IMG/VR virus record: IMGVR_UViG_3300009506_000023
Span: 1,597-65,596 of that record
Strand: one strand, 5' to 3'
Length of the DNA stretch: 64,000 nucleotides
Source of the DNA: a virus
In this document: piece after piece, positions 9,979 to 18,130 of the stretch
Layout of the letters: every line of letters starts with the position of its first letter
How positions within the stretch are numbered: position 1 is the stretch's first letter
The notes under the pieces: model-generated
Seen by the model: the letters and a program-made list of their open reading frames with translations, nothing else
Databases searched by the model: none
What the model was told of the DNA's origin: nothing
Made by a program: the position numbers and the translations under genes

Positions 9979-12900
9979 TGCTAACACTTACTACAGAACA
10001 AGAAAGAATAATAAACTCAAATTATAAGCTTATTGCTTGGTTGTTTGATGTCAACAATAGGTATCTTGAATTTGATGCTCAATCTGGCAAGTTTACACCA
10101 GGAAATTTGATATATCAGATGACGGATGGTACAGTAACTGCCACAGCTATGATTGAGACAGTTATTAAGCATACATCTACTACTGGTAGAGTTGTGTTAT
10201 CAAACATAAATGGTACATTTATTGACAATAGACCTATATATGAAGATACTTATGGAGATGAATTATTAAGGAATGGTGATTTTCAATCTGAGTCTGGTTG
10301 GTCAACAACTGATTCTAGTATTGAGATAAATCCAATAGAATCACCATCAATTAGTCCAAGTGAATCACCTTCAGTATCTCCAAGTGAATCACCATCAGAA
10401 AGCCCTTCGCCATCAAATACTCCTTCTATATCACAATCAGAGTCTGTTAGCCCATCAATGTCTCCATCTGTTAGTCCAAGTTACTCAGTTAGTCCTTCGG
10501 CTTCTCCATCAGAGTCACCAAGCGAATCTCCTTCAGAATCTCTATCTCAATCTCAATCGCCATCAGTCAGCCCAAGTGCTTCCGAGTCACCAAGCGAATC
10601 TCCATCTATGAGCCCAAGTCAATCAGAATCACCAAGCGAGAGCCCATCTGTCTCACAAAGTCCTTCAGAATCGCCAAGCGAGAGCCCATCAGTTTCCCCA
10701 AGTTACTCGATTAGCCCATCAGTATCGCCATCTATAAGCCCAAGCGAATCACCATCAGTATCACCATCAGTATCACCATCACCATCAGAGTCACCAAGTG
10801 AATCTCCAAGCGAAAGCCCATCAGAGTCACCCTCTGTTTCACAAAGTCCTTCTGAATCTCCAAGTGAATCACCATCAATATCTCCATCATCAACTCCTTC
10901 AGTATCACAAAGTTCATCTGAGTCACCTTCAGTTTCACCAAGTGAAAGCCCTTCTGAATCACCTTCTATTTCACCATCAGTTAGCCCATCTATAAGCCCA
11001 AGTGAATCTCCTTCGGAAAGCCCGTCTGAATCTCCCTCTGAGAGTCCTTCAGAATCTCCTTCAGTAAGCCCATCAAGTGAGCCAGCTGCAGACATGGTAT
11101 TCGGAACTGATATCCAAGGGGTATTTACAACTGATGGAGGTGTGCTAATAACACAAGAAGGGGCTGGAGATGTTGAAGTTATTACTGATGATTATTGGGA
11201 ATGGGATGATGAGTGGCCAGTGGTAAGCGTATCTCCTTCTGCTAGTCCATCTGAGTCACCTTCGGCTTCTCCAAGTTACTCTGTTTCTCCATCTGTTAGT
11301 CCAAGTGAAAGCCCTTCAGCTTCACCAAGTGAATCTCCCTCAGAGAGCCCATCTATAAGTCCAAGTGAATCACCATCTGAGTCACCTTCAGTTTCACCAA
11401 GTTACTCAGTAAGCCCAAGTGGTGGAGAATCACCTTCGGTTTCTCCATCAGTTAGCCCAAGTGCTTCTGAATCACCTTCGGTTTCTCCATCAGTTAGCCC
11501 AAGTGCTTCTGAATCACCTTCGGTTTCTCCATCAGTTAGCCCATCTTATTCAGTTTCTCCAAGTGGGGAAACAGAATTTGATTTTGTGGACGATGGTGAT
11601 TTTATATTTGTTGATGACACAGATTTTGATTTTATAGATGCTACATCTGGGTCAGCAAGCCTGAGCCCATCAGCATCAGAGTCACCAAGTGCTTCAATTA
11701 GCCCAAGTGAATCACCTTCGGAGTCACCTTCAGTTTCTCCTTCTGTTTCACCAAGTTATTCAGTTAGCCCTTCGGTTTCTCCGTCAATTTCACCTTCGGT
11801 TTCTCCATCTGAATCTCCAAGCGAGTCACCTTCGGTTTCTCCATCAATATCTCCATCTATAAGTCCAAGTTATTCAGTTAGCCCATCAGAATCACCTTCA
11901 GAATCACCATCTTCGACTCCATCAGTTTCTCAAAGCTACTCTGTTTCTCCAAGTGCTTCAGAGTCACCAAGTGAATCTCCATCAGAGAGTCCATCAGAAT
12001 CACCTTCGGTGTCTCCAAGTTACTCAGTTAGCCCAAGTGAAAGCCAATCTGAGTCACCTTCGGCTTCACCAAGTTATTCAGTTAGCCCTAGTGTGTCACC
12101 TTCAGCTTCGCCAAGTGTTTCACCTTCAACTTCTCCATCTGGGTCAGTTTCTCCGTCTCCATCAATTTCTCCTTCATCATCTGTATCACCTTCTCCTTCG
12201 CCATCTCCTATACCAGATGGTGTTTGCAGGTTTTGGAATACTCCTGCTTTAAGTAGCAACCTTAGTCAAGCTGGGGCTACTTCTGCTGGCAAATACTACA
12301 GATTTGAGGGGACAATATCAAATTATGTAAGAGGTAGCATCATAGCAGATGGTAGTTATTATTACATAAGTGGTAATGGTGATTTCATAGATATATTCTA
12401 TTCTGATAGCAGCAGTTTTGTGCTATATGCAGGTGAAGATAACACAATACTTGATGTTGATGATTTATCCATCGTTGAAGTAATAAATGCTGCCACAGCT
12501 AATGGTACAGCTGCTGGAGATAGATATTATTGGTCAACAAGGTTGTATCCAGGTGCAGGTGAGGCATTATTCTTTGATGAAGAACAATTATGGATAGGAG
12601 AAGAGGCTCTAACATTTGAGGATGAGCCAATAGCTGGTATAAATTATTTATATAAAGTAATTCCTGATTCTTTTGATGGCATAACAGTTCAAAGCAATCT
12701 TACTGAAAGTGGCCAGTATAACCCAACTACTTTATCATTCTCTATAATAAATCAGAATAATGAATATACTGCTGATGACTTTAAAGGTGCCGTTATATCT
12801 TTGAAGCTTGTTGCATCAGATAGAGTTAGTGCTTCAACAATATCAAATTGGAAGTTCTTGGTAAGGCAAGCAAACCCCATGTATGAAGTTATGTCGATTG

Positions 12901-15446
12901 AGTGTGATGACTTTATAGCAAATATAATGGATTCAGAATATCCAAACATGTCTCTTGTGTCAGACCTCTTCGCACCAACTGAATCAGATAAGGCAGACGA
13001 CCCATTTTGTGTACCTAAAACATTTGGGACAGCATATATCCCTCTTAAGTCTGTGGAAGTAACTAATTATTTAAGAGGGTACTTGCTTGGTGATGATGAT
13101 GATTCATTTACAGTAAATAGGATTACATCGCCAAGAGAATTTGATTCGAGACAGACTTGGACTGTAAACGATGCAAACTTCAAGACTGTTGAGCATGTGG
13201 ATAGAACTGGTAATTATAGCTGGAATGTCTTATTTCCATTTATACTGAAAATGGATGTTACTAACTATTCTGGTGTTACCTCAGGTAGCCAGAACAATGT
13301 CTGTGTAGATTTGACAAAGACATGGGATGAGGATGAACTTGTTGGGCTTCTTGCTTATAATTCGACAGATGGATCAGTTGGCCTGATAACTAGCAACATA
13401 GCAACTGAATTTTCTTGTGTTCTTGAAGGCGGGACAAATAATAGCTGGGGTTATTGGGATTCTTATTCAATTTTTTCATCTGGTCTATGGAGAGATCAAT
13501 CTGGATATGTAAACCCGCTGTTTGAATTCTCAAATGATGAGACTATAAATGTAGTTAGCCCAGAGTCTATTGTTGAGGAAGTTTTAAAGGATTCTGGAGT
13601 ATCTGATACACATATTGACTCAGCAACAACATTTGATGATGCTGGAACAACATTCACAGATTGGGGATTAGAGCTTCAAGGTGGTTTTTATTATAAAAGG
13701 CTTGTATCAGAGGTTCTTGCTGAGATAATGAACAGCAGCCATTCTGTCCTTGATATAACAGATAAAGTAAGATGGAGAGTTAGATCGAAAACGAGTCAAG
13801 CAACTATAACAGGGTCAGATATTGTAGAGGGAAGTTTTAATTATTCACTTCTTACACAAGTGGTTAATGACTCAGGAAATGTAGCCTTTGCTCCAGAAGG
13901 TAGCCCACATGACATCCTCATTAAAGCGGTAGTCCCAGCAAAGGGTATGACAGAGAACCCTTCATCAGATGTCTTGCCTCTTCCTATGTTACATAATTCT
14001 GCTAATGCCCAGAGAGCTGGAACACTATATTTTCAAAGAAAGTTCTTAAGGGAAGCAAATTTATCATTCTCTGGTAGATCATCACTTTTTGGTATTCAAC
14101 CAGATGATGTTATAACAATAAGTGATGATGATTATGGCGGTGAATATGATGTCCTAGTAAACAACATCCATATCGGTAAGATGCTCAATCTTGGCTTTAC
14201 ATGTACAAAGTATAAGGTTGATCTTGATGATTGGGATGATCTAACACCAGAAGCTATTACTGTTGCTACGGACAATGTGACTGCCTTTTGGCAACCTGTA
14301 ATTGCTGGGCCAGAAAGTGTAGATCCATCTACTGGTGATCCGTGCCATTTGGTTCCTGGCCATTTGCGTATTGGTTCTGGTGCACCATACATATATATTG
14401 ATAGTACCCAGCCGTATATCTCTGTTGTTGATAGTGATTCAACAAACATAGTCGGGTTCGGGAATATAGAAAACTTTGTTGGGTATTCAAGTTACGGTAT
14501 GTATATAGGTTATGGTGGAGACGCTGTATTTGCTGGATCAACTTATTCAACAGCATTCAACAACAGCTCTACTGGAGCAGCATTTTATATTGATCCAAGC
14601 TCATCTGGAAATGTTGACCTTCTTTTAGGGAGTAATACCCCTTTTGGTGATATTGAAGTAGTTGGTACTGGAAATATTGCATTATGGTCAGAAGTAGATT
14701 CTAATAATAGTGTTAGTTTTAGTGTTGAACACAGTTCTGAAGCTTATGCAATATTGTCTCTTGAAGATGGTGGAACGACAAAGACCCTAACATTTGAGTA
14801 TGACAATGGTACATTCCTTGGTATGTATCCAGGATCAGATGAAGATTTTGATATTGGAACAAATACCCTTGCTTTCTCAGATGGATATGCTACTCAATGG
14901 CTTAACCCAGCAGATTTATTCTATATGGATAAAATTATCATTGATGGTGTAGAGGTTGAAATAGATGATATAGAAGCTATTAACCAAATTCTTCCATCTG
15001 GGAATTATGACCCAGTAACAGGGTTGATGCTAATAGATGATAACACACTGCCAAATTGGTTGATAGCTAAACACAGAAAAGATGGCTTTGATAAAGATGC
15101 GAGATGTAATATAATAAGAGAGGTAAAGCGTGGCGATCCAATATATGATAAGACTGGTACAAAGCCTTGGCTAAGCATATCAACTTTGATATCGCTTTGT
15201 ATGGGAGGCGTAAGAAGGGCAGATAAGAGGATGAAGATAATGGCAAAAAGGATAAGGGATTTGGAGAAATATTATCCAGTTCCTTCCTCATCAGTTAGCC
15301 CATCTCCTTCAGCTTCTGAGAGCCATTCACCATCAGCAAGCTATAGCCCAAGTTCGAGTGTGAGTTACTCAGAATCAGCAAGTACAAGTTCAAGTGAATC
15401 ACATAGCTTATCGCCAAGCCCTTCTGAGCCTATACACACTGAATGA
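9978..15446 (+). CDS. Giant tail fibre or host-specificity protein with Ser/Pro tetrapeptide repeat linkers
   Basis: 1822 aa. N-terminal copy of the ~70-aa module. Four x-S-P-S repeat blocks. Large non-repetitive central and C-terminal domain. Sits downstream of the TMP and tail proteins. Confidence 0.6.
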   Translation: MLTLTTEQERIINSNYKLIAWLFDVNNRYLEFDAQSGKFTPGNLIYQMTDGTVTATAMIETVIKHTSTTGRVVLSNINGTFIDNRPIYEDTYGDELLRNGDFQSESGWSTTDSSIEINPIESPSISPSESPSVSPSESPSESPSPSNTPSISQSESVSPSMSPSVSPSYSVSPSASPSESPSESPSESLSQSQSPSVSPSASESPSESPSMSPSQSESPSESPSVSQSPSESPSESPSVSPSYSISPSVSPSISPSESPSVSPSVSPSPSESPSESPSESPSESPSVSQSPSESPSESPSISPSSTPSVSQSSSESPSVSPSESPSESPSISPSVSPSISPSESPSESPSESPSESPSESPSVSPSSEPAADMVFGTDIQGVFTTDGGVLITQEGAGDVEVITDDYWEWDDEWPVVSVSPSASPSESPSASPSYSVSPSVSPSESPSASPSESPSESPSISPSESPSESPSVSPSYSVSPSGGESPSVSPSVSPSASESPSVSPSVSPSASESPSVSPSVSPSYSVSPSGETEFDFVDDGDFIFVDDTDFDFIDATSGSASLSPSASESPSASISPSESPSESPSVSPSVSPSYSVSPSVSPSISPSVSPSESPSESPSVSPSISPSISPSYSVSPSESPSESPSSTPSVSQSYSVSPSASESPSESPSESPSESPSVSPSYSVSPSESQSESPSASPSYSVSPSVSPSASPSVSPSTSPSGSVSPSPSISPSSSVSPSPSPSPIPDGVCRFWNTPALSSNLSQAGATSAGKYYRFEGTISNYVRGSIIADGSYYYISGNGDFIDIFYSDSSSFVLYAGEDNTILDVDDLSIVEVINAATANGTAAGDRYYWSTRLYPGAGEALFFDEEQLWIGEEALTFEDEPIAGINYLYKVIPDSFDGITVQSNLTESGQYNPTTLSFSIINQNNEYTADDFKGAVISLKLVASDRVSASTISNWKFLVRQANPMYEVMSIECDDFIANIMDSEYPNMSLVSDLFAPTESDKADDPFCVPKTFGTAYIPLKSVEVTNYLRGYLLGDDDDSFTVNRITSPREFDSRQTWTVNDANFKTVEHVDRTGNYSWNVLFPFILKMDVTNYSGVTSGSQNNVCVDLTKTWDEDELVGLLAYNSTDGSVGLITSNIATEFSCVLEGGTNNSWGYWDSYSIFSSGLWRDQSGYVNPLFEFSNDETINVVSPESIVEEVLKDSGVSDTHIDSATTFDDAGTTFTDWGLELQGGFYYKRLVSEVLAEIMNSSHSVLDITDKVRWRVRSKTSQATITGSDIVEGSFNYSLLTQVVNDSGNVAFAPEGSPHDILIKAVVPAKGMTENPSSDVLPLPMLHNSANAQRAGTLYFQRKFLREANLSFSGRSSLFGIQPDDVITISDDDYGGEYDVLVNNIHIGKMLNLGFTCTKYKVDLDDWDDLTPEAITVATDNVTAFWQPVIAGPESVDPSTGDPCHLVPGHLRIGSGAPYIYIDSTQPYISVVDSDSTNIVGFGNIENFVGYSSYGMYIGYGGDAVFAGSTYSTAFNNSSTGAAFYIDPSSSGNVDLLLGSNTPFGDIEVVGTGNIALWSEVDSNNSVSFSVEHSSEAYAILSLEDGGTTKTLTFEYDNGTFLGMYPGSDEDFDIGTNTLAFSDGYATQWLNPADLFYMDKIIIDGVEVEIDDIEAINQILPSGNYDPVTGLMLIDDNTLPNWLIAKHRKDGFDKDARCNIIREVKRGDPIYDKTGTKPWLSISTLISLCMGGVRRADKRMKIMAKRIRDLEKYYPVPSSSVSPSPSASESHSPSASYSPSSSVSYSESASTSSSESHSLSPSPSEPIHTE
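10330..11080 (+). repeat. 12-nt-periodic tandem repeat encoding (E/V/A/I)-S-P-S units, block 1, about 60 units
   Basis: Repeats such as tcaccatcagaatcaccttcagtttcaccaagtgaa. Protein reads SPSESPSVSPSESPSESPS... Confidence 0.8.
11224..11570 (+). repeat. x-S-P-S tandem repeat block 2
   Basis: Protein reads VSPSASPSESPSASPSYSVSPSVSPSESPS... It ends at an acidic-aromatic stretch ETEFDFVDDGDFIFVDDTDFDFID. Confidence 0.8.
11650..12225 (+). repeat. x-S-P-S tandem repeat block 3
   Basis: Protein reads SLSPSASESPSASISPSESPSESPSVSPS...SPSPSPIPDG. Confidence 0.8.
15290..15440 (+). repeat. C-terminal Ser-rich S-P-S-like repeat tail of the tail-fibre protein
   Basis: Protein reads SSVSPSPSASESHSPSASYSPSSSVSYSESASTSSSESHSLSPSPSEP. 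Confidence 0.6.
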
Positions 15447-15459
15447 TAGGATAATTTGA

Positions 15460-15636
15460 ATGAATGAAAAACTAAAAATAAATGTTGATCAAGTTTCTAT
15501 GTGGCTTGGAGAAGCACAGATAAATCTAAAGCTTGCTCAGGAGCAGATTAACAATTTAACAAAAGAGAATATGAGGCTTAATGCACTTCTTAGTAAGTGT
15601 AAGTGTGGAGTGAAAGAAAATGATAAAAAAGTATGA
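15460..15636 (+). CDS. Small coiled-coil protein (58 aa), not in the ORF track
   Basis: My manual translation gives MNEKLKINVDQVSMWLGEAQINLKLAQEQINNLTKENMRLNALLSKCKCGVKENDKKV. It overlaps the start of ORF 15620. Confidence 0.25.
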   Translation: MNEKLKINVDQVSMWLGEAQINLKLAQEQINNLTKENMRLNALLSKCKCGVKENDKKV

Positions 15637-16057
15637 TGAGATAGCATCTCTATATAAATCAATATACATTGAACTTGAAACAAATAGAGTTGTCTTGACA
15701 AGTGAAGAATTTTTAATCCCTACACAGATAGAAGTTGAAAATGCTATTAATAAGCATGCGGTTCTTGATCTCCCTCATATAAAGAACATCTCTGACTGTG
15801 AAAAGCATGCTTGGTATCTACACTCTGCTATTCAAAGAGAAAGGTCTGAGAATGCATCGTCCATACCTGAAGAAGAGAGATACACTTGGTCGTTTGGGTG
15901 GTGCATAGGTATGAGATCGGGTCTTATGGGTAGCTTTAGCCATACAATGTGCACAGCTTTAACTTCTGATTCTGGAATAATAATTATAGAATCGGAAAGC
16001 AATATAATTGAGAAGCCAGATATAAGGAAGTTTAACGTATTATTTGTTTGTATGTAG
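15620..16057 (+). CDS. Hypothetical protein
   Basis: 145-aa ORF with an RBS, downstream of the tail fibre gene. No recognisable motif. Confidence 0.45.
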   Translation: MIKKYDEIASLYKSIYIELETNRVVLTSEEFLIPTQIEVENAINKHAVLDLPHIKNISDCEKHAWYLHSAIQRERSENASSIPEEERYTWSFGWCIGMRSGLMGSFSHTMCTALTSDSGIIIIESESNIIEKPDIRKFNVLFVCM

Positions 16058-16067
16058 AGGTGAAATT

Positions 16068-17282
16068 ATGAAAAAATTTATACCATTTATTTTAGTTCTC
16101 TTCTTAGTCTTTGGGTGTGCTGGGCTAAAGCAGTCAAAGACAGGCAAGGATTATACAAGTATTTTTGCTAAATCTGGTCTTAACATTGATACTAACTCAA
16201 ATGATAAAGTTGATGAGGCATATGGCGGTACAGATTCATCTTCTATGGAAGGTGGTCTTGATAAAGTATGGTCATCTACAGGTATTCTAAAGAGAACTGC
16301 TTCTGAAACATATGATGTTGCTACAGAGAATACAGACTATGCAGCAGCTACACATGCTTCAAGACATGGAATCGGAGGAGCAGATGTAATAGACCGATAC
16401 TTTGAAGGCGTGACAGTTACACAGGCAGTACCAGCTGAAGGTAATACAGATTTTACAGTAGCCTCTAAAAAGCTATATTACACAAGTGGTCTTGGTGCAT
16501 GTACAGTGGATGACTTTTCAGATTCAGACGGTGACCACACAGACTTTAGTGATGGCGACTACTTTGGTCTTATAATGAATGACTCAAGTGTTATTTTAGA
16601 GTTTTCTGATGGTACTAATATATCTGGTAATCTTGGTGTTGATTTCACTGGCGATGACTCTTATATGGTATTCTTTATGTTTGTATATTATAATGGTAAA
16701 TGGTATTGTACGAATTACAACTATGGTTTTGCTGACCCTCTTACAATTAAGATTAATTCTTTAGAGATACCATACTCAACGTCTGGAGATGCCACTCTTA
16801 CCCAAGGGAGAATACAACAAAAGTCTGATGAGGATGCTATAGCATTGAATGGAGGAAGTTCTGGAGAAGTCCAAGGAGAAGTTCTAATTTCAATGTTACA
16901 ACATCTATCTGTTGCATTAGACCCAACTGCTGCGTATAACCAAGACTCGTCTACACATAACTTCCCGCTATTTACAGTAGGGGATGATTATCCACATGGA
17001 ATAAAAATTGTTGAGTGGCAATGCACTTATACAACAGGTGACCCTTCTACAGAATTGAATGCTAATCTATATCGTGCATCTGATTGGTCATGGACCAGCG
17101 AAACTTCTATGGATGCACTGGATACAACAAATGGTACTTCGAGTGAGGACACAGCAGCAAATATAAATAGTGGTAATGCTGTAGCGAATGGCCAGAAAGT
17201 TTATATCGGTTTCGATGCTGATCCAGCCGATGCTAATGTGCTTGTTATATTTGAAATGTGGTTCTATGCAGAGGAGGATTGA
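16068..17282 (+). CDS. Predicted lipoprotein (signal peptide plus lipobox LVFGC)
   Basis: Internal start MKKFIPFILVLFLVFGCAGL with RBS GAGGTGA. The track ORF begins 8 codons earlier. Confidence 0.5.
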   Translation: MKKFIPFILVLFLVFGCAGLKQSKTGKDYTSIFAKSGLNIDTNSNDKVDEAYGGTDSSSMEGGLDKVWSSTGILKRTASETYDVATENTDYAAATHASRHGIGGADVIDRYFEGVTVTQAVPAEGNTDFTVASKKLYYTSGLGACTVDDFSDSDGDHTDFSDGDYFGLIMNDSSVILEFSDGTNISGNLGVDFTGDDSYMVFFMFVYYNGKWYCTNYNYGFADPLTIKINSLEIPYSTSGDATLTQGRIQQKSDEDAIALNGGSSGEVQGEVLISMLQHLSVALDPTAAYNQDSSTHNFPLFTVGDDYPHGIKIVEWQCTYTTGDPSTELNANLYRASDWSWTSETSMDALDTTNGTSSEDTAANINSGNAVANGQKVYIGFDADPADANVLVIFEMWFYAEED

Positions 17283-18121
17283 TGAATAGAAGAAAATTTA
17301 TAAAAAGTGGGCTTCTATATCTGCCTTTTACATATGCTTTAGATCCAATATCTAATATCTTTTTTAACAAGATAGCAAAGGCTGCACAACTTAGGGTTTT
17401 AAGCCCATTCTTAGCAGGATATGAGTCAAATCTAGTAGCCAAATACCGCTTTGAGGATTCACCTGGTTTTACAGCAGATAGTGCAGGAAGCAACACTTTG
17501 ACAAATAATGGGGCTGATGGAGAAAATTCAATTATTATGGAAGGCTCTCAGTCAGCACATTTTGTGCGTAGTAATACTGATAATATGTACTGCACTGATG
17601 CTAATCTTGATTCAGGTTTTCCTTGGAGGTATGACGATACGCCAAGTGAGGTTAAGGATTATTCATTTGCTTTTTGGGTTCGTCTTGATACACTTCCATC
17701 TTCTGCTGTTGAGACATATTATATATGCTGTAAATGGGCAGCAGGGGCATCAGATAGAGTTTTTGCTATTTGGGTTGATCATAATGATAATAAGCTTTAT
17801 GTTAATATGGGGATAACTAGTGGTACGGATTATGATAGTGTTGGTTTTGGAACAGCATTTATAGCAGATAGATGGTATTTTTGTGGCATATCATATACTG
17901 ATTCAACAAGGAATTGTAAGATAAGGATATGGGGTAATACAGAAGGTGACTATCTTGGATCTGATGTAAATGATACTTTCACTGGAACAACTGTAAACCA
18001 GGATTTACCTTTCTGGATTGGTGCCAGGAGTGATGGGAATAGATATGCAGACATGTATCTTGATAAATTTATGGTATATGATACACCGTTACCTTTAAGT
18101 TATTATGACACGTTGCGTTAA
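17282..18121 (+). CDS. Secreted protein with Tat-like signal (MNRRKFIKSGLLYLPFTYA), possible LamG / concanavalin-like fold
   Basis: ATG in an ATGA overlap with the upstream stop, with RBS GAGGAGG. Twin-arginine motif RRKFIK. The fold assignment is a guess from composition. Confidence 0.4.
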   Translation: MNRRKFIKSGLLYLPFTYALDPISNIFFNKIAKAAQLRVLSPFLAGYESNLVAKYRFEDSPGFTADSAGSNTLTNNGADGENSIIMEGSQSAHFVRSNTDNMYCTDANLDSGFPWRYDDTPSEVKDYSFAFWVRLDTLPSSAVETYYICCKWAAGASDRVFAIWVDHNDNKLYVNMGITSGTDYDSVGFGTAFIADRWYFCGISYTDSTRNCKIRIWGNTEGDYLGSDVNDTFTGTTVNQDLPFWIGARSDGNRYADMYLDKFMVYDTPLPLSYYDTLR

Positions 18122-18130
18122 GGTGTTAAA

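Noticed and set aside
10360-12259. Multiple + and - strand ORFs inside the S-P-S repeat region (10360..10611, 10703..11095, 10732..10962, 10798..10995, 11419..11637, 11953..12252, 12074..12259)
   Set aside because: These are frame-shadow ORFs generated by the low-complexity repeat. The long tail-fibre frame explains the region.
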